Of a DNA stretch of 64,000 bases, positions 23,701-34,927 are shown in pieces (the stretch's first letter is position 1; each line of letters opens with the position of its first letter). The stretch covers positions 25,357,899 through 25,421,898 of the forward strand of contig OZ316891.1 of assembly GCA_973895155.1 (NCBI GenBank), read 5' to 3'. Under the pieces are notes generated by a model. It did no database searches. It saw only the letters and a program-made list of their open reading frames with translations, and was not told where the DNA came from. Source of the stretch: Marsupella aquatica (Eukaryota; Plantae; Marchantiophyta). The position numbers were made by a program, and so were the translations under genes.

Positions 23701-25343
23701 GGCTTAAACACCTGCTCAATCGTAGGGCTAACAGGTGGTTGAGGCTTTTCTGCTACCGGCCTCGGTGCTGGAGCTTCCTCGGGTGCCCTTACCTGCAGAG
23801 GAAGTACTGGGGCAAAGGTCTGACCTCTGGCATACCGGCACAACAGCGGCATGTGATAGCCAAGCCGCGACATGCTCCCCATGCCGATTACCTGCTGCTC
23901 CTCCTTTAGGATCTTCTTCAATTGGTTGAGGAGGTAGCCGTTGTAGTCCCGGCTTGGGTCAGGCCTTTCTGCCAGATAGACCTGTGCCTTGCCGATCTCC
24001 GCTCTCGGCAAGTTACAATGCATGGTTACCCGCAAGAAGTCGATCATCTCTCCTATGTGCGGGTTGGTGCAGGTGTTTCTGAAGAAGCCATTCTTCGTTG
24101 ATGGTCCGGGAAATGACCGGAACTCCTTGTCAAGCAAGGTCTTCCTGGTATCAACCTTGGTCTTATTGCCTATCGGCAAGCCAAACACTTTGGCAATTAC
24201 CTTGGGAGTAAGATAGAAATCCTTCCCATATATTCTCATGCAATTGGTCTCGGGTTCCCATGACCCCACGAATTCTAATAGGTCTGAATCCGGCACCTCT
24301 GGCTTCAGCCATGGTAATCTTACAAAGGCCTCTAAGCTAGATCCGGCCATGAAGCCTTGGTACTTCTTGGTCTGCATGGCCGTAAAGCATGCATCCTCCT
24401 CCCTTGCAAAATGTAGTTGCACCTCCACCGGTAGAGTTGCCGCCCAGCCCTTCCAGGTGTCATCCTTGGTTGCATTGGCTTTAATGGGATCGACCTCCTC
24501 TACTTCGGCTTCTCCCTGCCTCCTGCTCTACTGTTCGGCTGGCTTCATTGGTGCCGCCGACCTCGTTCTTTTGGCCGGGGTGGTTTCATCGTTGACGGCT
24601 CCCTTCCTCTTCATCTCGGCTGCCGTGGAGGTTTCTCCTAACACCGTTGCTCGGTTCCACCTTTCCGTGCTACCCTTCAATTCCCAGTGTATGTCGTTGT
24701 AGTTCTTGATGGCCTCTCGAATGCCGATGATTCTGTCTTTGCAAAACAGAAGATCGTCGAGCTGATTGGAAGTAGGCGTCCACAAGAACTCGGCCTTGAT
24801 AAGTTCGCCTCCTAAGAAAGCCGTTTTCTGTAGCTCCCACAATCGAGCGAGCTCCTGTCGTTCTCGAGCTGCCCTTTCTGATTCTTTGTCCTCGTAAGTC
24901 TTGATGTACTCAGTTGCCCGTTCAAACAGGCATCCCCAGAAATGTGCCGCTTGATTGACGTTGCTCATACCCTCCTTAGGTCGATCGTCGGTATCTACTC
25001 TCTCCCCGAGTGCTTGCCTAAACAGCTGACAGTAGTTGGCCTCCCGTAGTCGTCTGCCTAGTTCGTGCTCGCAAGTGAGCCACCATCTTCTGCGAGCGCT
25101 CCTTACCCCTCTCCTCTTCCGGCCCTTCCTCCCGTTGATCCTTCCCAGCCGCCGATGCTTAGCGCGCCCTAACCCTAATCGAGTTTTCACCCCCAGTGTT
25201 TTTACCTCCGGCCTCGGCCCGGGTTCCATAGTTGCCCCTAATTATTTATATTTTCTTGTTTTGTCCCTATACTAAGGTGTTTCCAGGGTGTATTCCTGCT
25301 TTACCTACTTAACTGGCCAAGTGATTCCTGGCTAGGCATCACA
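20768..25343 (-). repeat. 3' LTR of Gypsy B (4576 bp)
   Basis: Near-identical to 31567-34026 plus 51084-53224; preceded by the PPT; TG..CA ends. Confidence 0.95.
21681..25229 (-). pseudogene. LTR-internal ORF of Gypsy B (up to ~1180 aa; PMD-like domain plus long coiled coil), one premature stop at 24528
   Basis: ORFs 24528-25229 and 21681-24428 in one frame; the stop is CAG (Gln) in the other two LTR copies; EFVGSWEPETNCMRIYGKDFYLTPKVIAKVFGLPIG. Confidence 0.85.
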
Positions 25344-28300
25344 TAGCTCCCCACTTAATTGTGAAGCATCCTCGCGAACAACTTCATCTTCGTCCATATA
25401 GTATTTCTTGAGGCGGTCATAATGGATGTGAACTGGATACACTTCTCCTGTAATGTTGGCCAATTGTACGGAGCCATTGGAGAACCTCATGGTTACTCTA
25501 AAGGGTCCTAACCATCGAGTGTAAAGCTTCCCTGGAAACCTACTATACCTACTATCATAAAGTAACACAAGATCACCGGTGTGAATACTAACTACTTTCA
25601 ACCTTTTATCATACTACTGCTTCATGATATTCTGTCTATATTCTACTCTCTCGGTTGAAATCATTCTCGCCTCCTCTAAAGCTTCTAACCTATATTCTTG
25701 CTCCTTTAGGCTCTCCTCCGCCGAGGCTCTTTCCTCAATTGTAACTTGAAATGTTGGTATCTCAAGTTGCATGGGTACCAGGGCTTCTTGTCCAAAGGTT
25801 AAGAAGAAGGGTGTATGACCGGTAGTGGATTTATAGGCCAAATTGTAAGCAAAAACAGCAGCAAACAATTTATCATCCCAATCGAGTTTGTTCTGAGCTA
25901 CTGTCTTGTTCAAAATCTTTCCTATAATTCCATTGGCTCGTTCTGTCAATCCATTTGCCTTTGGGTGGTAAGGAGTAGTAGGCCTATGTCTAACTAAATA
26001 CTGTTCATTTAAACGACTAATTATATCATTCAGAAAATGGGTTCCTCTATCACTAACTAATTCTAGGGGTGCTCCATACCTGGTGAAGATCTGCTCATAC
26101 ATGAATCTAGCCGTAGTAATTGCATCATCCTTCGTGGTCGGTCTGGCCTCTACCCATTTAGTTGCATAATCCGTAGCCAGGATTATGTACTTGTTTCGTC
26201 GAGGGTGGGTCAGTGGTTTCAGAGGTCCGATGTAATCAATACCCCACTTCTTGAATGGTGCCAGAGGTAGAATAGGGTGCAGTGGATGTCTGGTGGACGC
26301 CCTTGGTCCTCCCGCTCGTTGACAAGGATCGCATTGTTTGATAAACTGATAGACATCCTTGTGCAACGTAGGCCACCAGTAACCGGCATTTAATATCTTT
26401 TTAGATGTGGTTACTGGAGCAAAATGTCCTCCGGCCTCTTCTCCATGCATAGCCTGTAAGACTCGTTTTACCTCTCCTTTTTCCAAACACCTTTGGATAG
26501 TGCCGCTGATTCCATACCTGTGTAGCACACCCTTAATGTACTGATACTGTCTGACCTTCCGTAAAAAGACTGCGGCTTTTTCTCGGCTTACTCCTGGCTG
26601 TAATCTGGAAGTGCTGAGAAATTGTAAAATCTCAGGGTACCATGTATCAGCTAATTCCACAACGAATAGCTCCTCGTCGGGAAATCGATCATCGATGCAA
26701 TCCGTGGCTGGTTCACCTGTGATCCTTGAAAAGAAGTTGGCATTGGCATGTAGCTTCCTCGGTTTGATCCTCAGCTCATAGTCAAACTCCTGTAATAGCA
26801 AAATCCATCTTGCTACTCTGCCTATAAGGTCCGGCTTATTGACTAGGTATTTCAAACTTTCATGATCGGTATGAAAGATTACCTTGTACCCTAGTAAATA
26901 ATGCCTAAACTTTTTACAGGAATAAATGACTCCTAATGCTTCTCTTTCTGTGGTGGAGTAGTTCCGTTCGGCATCGGCAAGCTGACGGCTTGCGAAGTAT
27001 ATGGGATGGTCCCTTCCTTTCTCATCCAACTAACTTAGTACTGAGCCGATACAGAAGCCCGAGACATCTACAAAAACATGAAAATCTTTGTTCCAGTCCG
27101 GTGCTATCATGACTGGGGCCTCAACTAACATCTGCTTCAATTCTACCACCGCTGTGACTCGTTCGGGTGTGGGTTCGAAGTCTGCACCTGCCTTGAGCAT
27201 GTTGGTTAATGGTAAGGCTAGTTTGGCAAAATCTTTAATAAACCGACGATAATACCCAATGCAGCCTAAGAAGGATCTTACATCCTTTATGTTCTTAGGT
27301 TGCATGATGTCAAGCCATATTGCTAGCTTACCTTTGTCAATCTCAATGCCCTTCTTTGATACCTTGTGACCTAGTAGCACCCCCTCGGTTACTGCAAAGA
27401 AACATTTATCTGGGTGTAATTTGAGACCTACCTCTCTGCATCTCATGAAGGTTTTCCTGAGATATTTAGCATGTTTCGACGCCTTCCCAAATACTGCAAA
27501 GTCATCAATGAAGATTTCCATGAACTTTCTCAAGTAATCATGAAAAATGTTCACCATCAATCGTTGGAACATAGCTGGTGTGTTGCAGAGTCCAAACGGC
27601 ATACGATTGAAGACATAGATCCCCCATTCCGTGATGAAGGCCGTCTTGATTTGGTCTTCCTGCCGAATCCTGATTTGGTTATAACCAGAGTACCCATCCA
27701 TGAATGAATATAGTTCATGACTGGCTACCATGTCTAGTACCATATCAGTAAAGGGTAAGGGAAAATGGTCTTTTAACGTCGCTTCATTCAGTTTCCTGTA
27801 ATCCTGACAAACCCGGATCTTGGGTTTACCATCGGGTCCAGCTTTCTTGGGAACTATCACAATTGGAGACACCCAGTCTGAATGCAGGACTGGAGTGATG
27901 AATCCAGCTTCCACTAGTTTGTCGATTTCCGTTTTGACCAGCAGGGAATACTTCGGGTTCATCCTTCGAATTGGTTGTCGAAATGATTTGGCCCCTAACA
28001 TGAGATCGATTCGGTGTTCTCCTAGTTTTGGGTCTACTCCCTTTAGATCCTGGTGACTCCATGCGAACACATCCTGAAATTCAATCAATAAGTCACTGAT
28101 CTCTTTCTCGAGCTCAGGTGCTAGGTTTCTCCCTAAATTCAGTTCCCTTCCCTCTCCTAAGTCTAGCTTCTGATATTGCCGTGCTTGGATCATATTAATC
28201 TGCTTCTTTAAATTCGGGTCCAGCTCGGCTTCCAGTCTCTCCAGTCTCATACCTCCATAAATAGGAATCTCGGCTGTACTAGCCGAGTCAGTTTCTACCT

Positions 28301-29514
28301 TGATGCCCACAGATTGTCCCCTTGCCGGTCTATGCGGTTTTGAATTGTTTGTTGGCTTCCCATCCTGACTCGGCTCTGGATTCTGTCTGTGCATCTCATT
28401 CACCTCTTCTTCCTGAGGGTCAGGCCGCTGTGCTCTTCCGGCTTCTAATAGGGCCTCAATTTGTTCTGCCCTTGTAATCGGCTTGTATGCCGATCCCTTG
28501 GTATTTAATTCCTTGCCGATGATCGATGGCGTTGTGAACCCTGCCGGCTCTGCCACAACGCGTGCAAAAAATCCACCGTCTCGGGTATTGCTCCCCACTT
28601 AGCCATTTCATCCAACTGGCTTACTTCTTGTGTTTCCTCCGGAATAGAAGCTAAAAAGGTGGACTCTATTGTAAAGCAGTCCTCGACTTCTTCGTATTCT
28701 TCTTCCAAGTCACCTTCCATTGGTTCTTGCCATAATCCACTAGGGGATACCTCTGGTCCAAAGACACTTTCTTCGGTTTGGTCAGCGAGGCATTCTAACC
28801 ATCGTACCTCATCGGCTGATTCCAGTCCACTGTCGTACCCGTCTACCTCCCTGATGCTTCTTTTGCGGTCATCCTTGGTATCCCAGGATACCGTGATAGA
28901 GGGGGTCCCAAAAGTGAACTCCTTCTTACCCCAATCCTCTATTACCTTGGCTAGGTATAGCCATGGCCTACCAATCAATAGCCAAAATGACGTAGGATTT
29001 ACCGGTTTCATTACTACATAGTTAATGCTAAAGAAGATGCCTCCTATTTCTGTTTTGATGCCGGTTAACACTCCCGTGGGAATGACTGATATCCATTGGC
29101 CATGTTCAACACTCTTCCAGTCATCTGTGGTGTTAGACCCCACCCTTTTGCTGTTGAATCAATCATAATACATACCCCTGATCCTCCATCAATGGGTACC
29201 CGTAGTAATAATTCTCCTTGAATCATTAATGGTAAAGCGGGGGCTCCTTGATCTTCTTCTATCATCAGCACGTCGGATTTGGTTGCTACCTTGGGTAATC
29301 TCGGCTTGCCGAGAATAGCCTTCCTTAATTGCTTCCTGAAGTACGGGCTATTTTTAAGTAGTTGACCTACTGTTGCCGAGACTCTAGATTCTAGTACATC
29401 TTTAGCCAGGTCATAGGGAACAATCGGCTTCTCCCTTGGTGGTGTCTCTATCTTGGATTCGGCTTGTTTTGCCATGCTAATCTCCACAGCTGTTGGATCC
29501 TCCGAAGCAAACAA
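25332..29514 (-). pseudogene. pol: pol of Gypsy B (PR-RT-RH-INT) with frameshifts and stops
   Basis: VPIDGGSGVCIM..LLIGRPWL protease; KDHFPLPF, MDGYSGYNQI, FIDDF; ASRQL..TEREALG; WGIDYIGP, SDRGTHF, ANGLTER, RWLGPF. Confidence 0.95.
25344..25360 (-). promoter_or_regulatory. Polypurine tract of Gypsy B
   Basis: AATTAAGTGGGGAGCTA directly before LTR TG. Confidence 0.85.
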
Positions 29515-29523
29515 TGCTTTTGC

Positions 29524-31497
29524 TCATTTCACATCCTTGGCAATGGCTTCAGTGTTCTCCAGGGTTTCTAATTCTCGCAGCTGTTCCTTAACACTAGCCG
29601 TAATAGAGGGGTAGAACAACTTAGGGTGATCTTGATTGAAATCGCTGTCCTGTGAAGGATTGGGGTCGCTGGTGAGCTCATGGCTTACCTGTGTTGCCGG
29701 CGCCTTTCCTTCTCCTTCTGTTGATGTTGACGAAGAGTCAATCTTCTCTTCTTTATCCTTCCCTTTATTTTTGGCTAGCCCATCCCACCTTTCCTTCCTT
29801 CTGGTTGATCGAGTAGAGACGCGGTAGCAATCATGATCCATATCCTCTTCTGAAAATGTTGATAGGGCCTCGGTCTCATCATCAGATGGTCCAAACTCTG
29901 CCTCGGCATCCACTTGCCATCCGAGCTCAATGTGGTTGATCTGAACTCCTCCTAGGGCAGTACCTGGCGGCAAGACCTTGACCGGCAAAAGTTTATGATT
30001 TGCGGCCAATCCTGCCAACCAAGTAGGACATTGTCCTAGCATATGACCTTCCTGTCGGCATCCCATACATAGCTGAGCTGGTTGTCCATCACCCTGTTTG
30101 CGTGCATTCGGGCATTCTCTAGCAAAATGGCCAGGTTGACCACAATTATAGCATGCTGCAAATCTCTGCACATTCAGCCTAGGAGGTACTGACGGATTCT
30201 GAATAATCCAAGGATACATCTCTCCCGGATTGTTCCTTAATCCTGACCACAGGGATGCAGGTCTGTTGGATAGGTCCCGTGCTCCAGTCTCACTAATGCC
30301 AAAAACACTATCAGCGGCATCTCCTAAAAAGTACTCTACTTCTCCCTGACACGGTCTAATCTCGGCCACATGCCGAACATGACTAGTATTGAGTTTAGGA
30401 CATGCATCTTTATGGTGTCCGGTTTTATAACATAAGGCACACCATATAGAGCTATCCTCCTGTACTACTTTCTTCTTCGGCTTTACCTCTGCTATTATAG
30501 CCTTAAGTTGCTCGGTAAGGGCCACGATGTTATCTGGTGGCTTAGCCTCCAGCTTGACTTTCGTCTTCCCTCTTCTTCTGCCCTTCCTCTTCCTAGTTTT
30601 TTCTTCTTCAGAACTAGAAGATGACTCACTCTTGCTACCTCCACTATCCGAGCTTGAGTTATCACTTCTTGACTTCTTAGAATGTTTCTTTTTCTTATCC
30701 TTTTTCTTATGGGGTGATCCCTCCTATGATGAGGAACTCTCAGACTTAAGCTGTTTCTTCCGGCTTGTGATATCTGCATTAATGTATAATTGAATATCCT
30801 TAATTGCATCAACTAAAGTCTCTGGGTTCTCCTTCCTAATTGCAAAACTCATCTTCTGTGGCAAAGCATTCACCAACCATTGAAGTTGCATACCTTCAGA
30901 TGCATTGGTCTTTGTACGTCTTACCAGTTTCTGAAAGCATTACAAGAACTTCCTGAAGGATTTGTTCTCTTTGAACCGAAGTCGTCCCAACTTCAGCACT
31001 GCTAGTTCTGAAGTTCCAATGGGTCGAAACTCCTTAACAAAGAGTGTTTTGAAGCTATCCCAGATGGCTTGATCTTCCACATCTAATGCTCTGTACCAAG
31101 GCCTAGCCTCACCCTTGAACAGGCCGGGAAGAATCTGCATCTTGATGGCCGATTCTCCATTTGCTGCAGCGGTTCCCTCGAAATCATCCAACCATTCATC
31201 CGGATCCTCATCTCCTCTCCCATGAAATGCCTTATAATGTATGCGCGACCGCTGGCTCAGTCTGGTCCCGGGCCTCTCGTCTGGCCGTGCCTCAGGTTCT
31301 CCCATGTCGGTTGGGTACTCGCGTCTTCCTACCGACTCCTCTTCTGGTATATCTTCTTCGACGCCACTTCCAGCTTCGGAGCTACCAGCTCTTTCTGCCC
31401 CTCTCAGTCGCTGTGTATCATGCCACCCGGCGAGCTGCTGCAGTCGAGCTCTCTCCCGTTGAATCACTCTTTCTTCCCTTGGCGTAAGGTCAGTCAT
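29524..31497 (-). pseudogene. gag: gag of Gypsy B (three CCHC knuckles; in-frame stops)
   Basis: DEDPDEWLDDFE..LPGLFKGEARPWY; CALCYKTGHHKDAC, CYNCGQPGHFAREC, CMGCRQEGHMLGQC; homologous to gag A. Confidence 0.9.
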
Positions 31498-31544
31498 TAC
31501 CTATACTTCCTTTCTAACTTCATATCTCACGGCTTAAGAAATGC

Positions 31545-31562
31545 CCCCTCCATCTAGTGCCA
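31545..31562 (-). promoter_or_regulatory. PBS of Gypsy B (tRNA-Asn-like)
   Basis: TGGCACTAGATGGAGGGG 4 nt after the 5' LTR end CGCACCACA. Confidence 0.8.
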
Positions 31563-31566
31563 AAAA

Positions 31567-34026
31567 TGTGGTGCGTCCCATGGCTCCCTAAACCCAAGAA
31601 AACCCCCCAGCACAAGCCGATTCCCGCAGGTTTCGCGCTTGGTGGGGCCGTTTCCGCGGCTTAGCAGCATGGGACGCTGCTAATCTCTTCTACATCTATT
31701 AACATTTTACACACATATACTGGACAGATCCTTCATCGGGTCATGAGATATGAAGCTGTCCTACTCTAGGCCTTCCCTTTATTTTTCTCTCCTTTGGTTA
31801 GGTATATTTGGATTCCGCCGCCGGAATGATCCCCAATAGGCTTGGTTAAGCCGCTAAGACCTCTCTCAGCTCGACACATCCAACTCTCACTCCCTTGCTT
31901 ACTTTCCTTTCCCTATTAGTTGATGTGGGCACTCTTCACACAAGTTAATGCGACACACAAATAGTAAAATGACTCCTTCTGACTGAGTCATACCATGCAC
32001 TTGCCATACAAACAGTACATCTCATACACAAGCTCTGCGAACTAAGCCGTGAGGCCAACTCTATTCAGCTCTTAGGCATGAGGAAACATGAATATACACA
32101 AGGTCACGGTATAACTAACCGAGAGCTTCTCTTACTACTTGATCCCAGCCCGGCTGGTGCAAACTAAAAACTTGCTAAAGAAGAGGCCCTGAGCTCCCCG
32201 CAGCCTAGGTATTTATCCTGGTAGCGGATCCGCCTAATTCTTTGCAGCGTAAGCCTAATCTACCTAACAGTAATCTACCTGTCCGGAGCTACCTATGTAC
32301 AGCAAGGCAGGGGCACAAGTGTTGCTCCTACCAGTGGAACCGCAATCCCACAAAGCTAAGTGTCAGGGCCGCTCCTGGTCCTGATCCTAATCTTAAACCT
32401 GGAGATCAGCGCCCACCCGGCCCACTCACGCCTCCTACCTCCACGTCCGCCCTTCCTAAAAGGAACGGCGCCCTTGCACCGTCACGATACCGGTGGTGGA
32501 TCCTCAATGGACGCCCCCAACGCTTCCTCCTCAGCCACTGCCGTTGGCCCGCCTACTGACAGATTACCTGCCCTTGACCGAGTCAACTCTCCCTCGGCCT
32601 GACTGGGTCCATCTTCGGCTTCGGCCTCGACACCGGCCTCGGCAATACCCACGGCTTCGGCTTCAGCCACTCCCACGGCTTCGGCTTCAGCCACTCCCAC
32701 GGCTTCGGCTTCACCTTCTTCTAGGGTAGTTGGATCCTTAGCCGTGACCCTGTCTGGGGTCGGTGCTGGGTCTACCTCCTTGGTCACCATGGCCTGTGGA
32801 GTCGTATTACTCTTTGACCCAGAAGGTTTCCGCTTCTTCTTCGTTGCCGGCTTGGCAGCTGGTCCCTTCCCCTTCCCACTTACTTTCAGCATCGGTGCAG
32901 GTGGCGCGGTTTGTTCTTCGGCCAGTACCACTCCTGGTAACTGGTTCGCCCCAATGGGAGATGGACCTGCTGCAGCTAAGCATTTAAATACTACGGCTTG
33001 TTTCTTTAGCCGCTCCGTTTGGTTGTCGGCCCGCCACTGTAGGTTCTCCATCTTCCTCGTGATTTCCTCCAACTCCTCCTGGGTCTCATCCAGGTCCTTA
33101 CGTGCCCCCTCCAGCTCTCTGTGGGCTTCCTCCTGCTCTTTGTGGGCTTCTTCCAATTCCTTCTTCAAGGTAGCCCTCTCCTCCTGGGTTGCTCTTAGCT
33201 CTTTGTCGAGCTCTGTCACGATTTCAGACTCCATTTTATCCATCTTGGCATAAGTCTGACTGAGCATATCGTCCTTCTCCTTTAGGTCGGCTTTGAAGCT
33301 GGCCGTTAGGGACGCAAGCTCCTGCTGCAGCGCAATAATCCCTTGATATGATTCCCTAACTCGGCCTCCTTCTACTCAAGGGCTCCGCGGCTTTTCTCGA
33401 GCTCCCCCTTCAACGCCCATTTCTTTCTTTGGGTCTCCGCCATGACCCGGTTGTTGACTGCTATATGGGCCTCCTCTGCGTCTCTCAGCTCCTTCTTCCA
33501 TTTCTCCCTGTCCTTGATTGCGTCGGCCAATTCTCCTTGGGCTTGAGTCAGTTTATCCTTGATAATCTGACTATCCGCCTGCGCTATGTCCAACTGCCCC
33601 TGCATGATATTTAGCTCATGCCGTTTAATCCGCAGCTCATCTTGGGCTTTCTTGGCCGTCCTTAGATCTTCAATCTCGGCTTCCATCCTCCTAAGCTGCC
33701 GGATGACCTTGTCCTTCTTGCTTCTCTCTAAAGCCACCGCTTCTTCTAATTGGTGCTTCTCCAACTGCTCCCTATGGAAAAAGGGTCCTACCTCCAACTC
33801 CTCCCCAAAGATGCCGAGCGCAAGTTCCCCACACATCTCACCATACTCCATGGCTCTATTCTTAGCGTAGGTGGAGTAAGTAGAGGTGATCGGCATCGCC
33901 CATCGCGGCCTCTACTCCCAAGCCGTCTTGCAGATCTCTTCAATCGTGGCTAGAGGTTTGCTTCCTTTTTTGGCTAGCCGCCTGATGTCCTCCGGCCAAT
34001 CTCCTCCTGGTAAATCCTTTTCCCTA
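31567..34026 (-). repeat. 5' LTR of Gypsy B, distal part (split by CACTA); carries the 3' part of the LTR-ORF
   Basis: Matches 20768-~23202; includes ORF pieces 32482-33267 and 33372-33896. Confidence 0.95.
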
Positions 34027-34927
34027 CACTAGTAGAAACCGGGGGGTATTTAGACCCCATTAAACGACTATTCAATACCGTATAGGACTTGGAAACGACT
34101 GGGAAGGACTCTAGTCCTTTATAGGACTGCGAGTCGTATGTTTTGTTACTATAATCAACTGAGTCCTTTATAGAACTGGTTTATAAGTCGTTTAATAGAC
34201 TGGATTTTCAGTCTATTTTAGTCTTTGTGTGGGTAGCTTTGGTGAGTCTTTTTCAGTCTTTTATGGGCTGCGATGGTGAGTCGTTGGGAACAACTCAAAA
34301 GGTTATGGAGGGTAGTCTTTAAATATACTTTGTGGGTTTATAAAATGACTAAAGTAGACACTTTGTGGGGGTTTATAAAACGACTAAAGTAGACACTTTG
34401 TGGGGTATGTACAAGTCTTTCATGTCAACTGGAAATGAGTGATGAAGACCCCACTATACTACTTGGAATGAACTCACTCTTGTGCACAAATAACACATTT
34501 CATTCATGTTTTATTGTGTACTTGGAATGAACTCACTCTATAAGGTCACCATTCACCATGTTAACATTAGAACCTCACACAAATTTTCAGAAAGCCATCT
34601 TCTATACCATGTACACTAATATGAATTCACAGATTCAAACATCATAGACTACAAAGAAGGTCACAAAGCATTCGTCTATACCATACACACTAATACTGAA
34701 TTGATACAAAACAGATTCAAGTATCATAGACAATCACCATAGAGCCATAGTTTGACATCAATCACTTGTTTCATACATACAGAATTCAGAAATATCAATG
34801 TCACACACAACGGCTCCTTCATCCTCTTTACCAAATGGAAAAATTGGTACAGATATTTCTTGGATTTTTCCAAGGCAATGTCAAAATGTAACACAATTCA
34901 CATGATTCTATCTACACTTGTATTCAG

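Noticed and set aside
21681-24428. LTR-ORF as a retroviral env or a host SMC/myosin gene
   Set aside because: No signal peptide, transmembrane helix or ATPase motifs seen; coiled coil only; lies within LTRs
31567-34026. Tandem second retroelement or segmental duplication
   Set aside because: PBS, PPT and the GAGAT TSD show it is the 5' LTR of the same element, split by a CACTA
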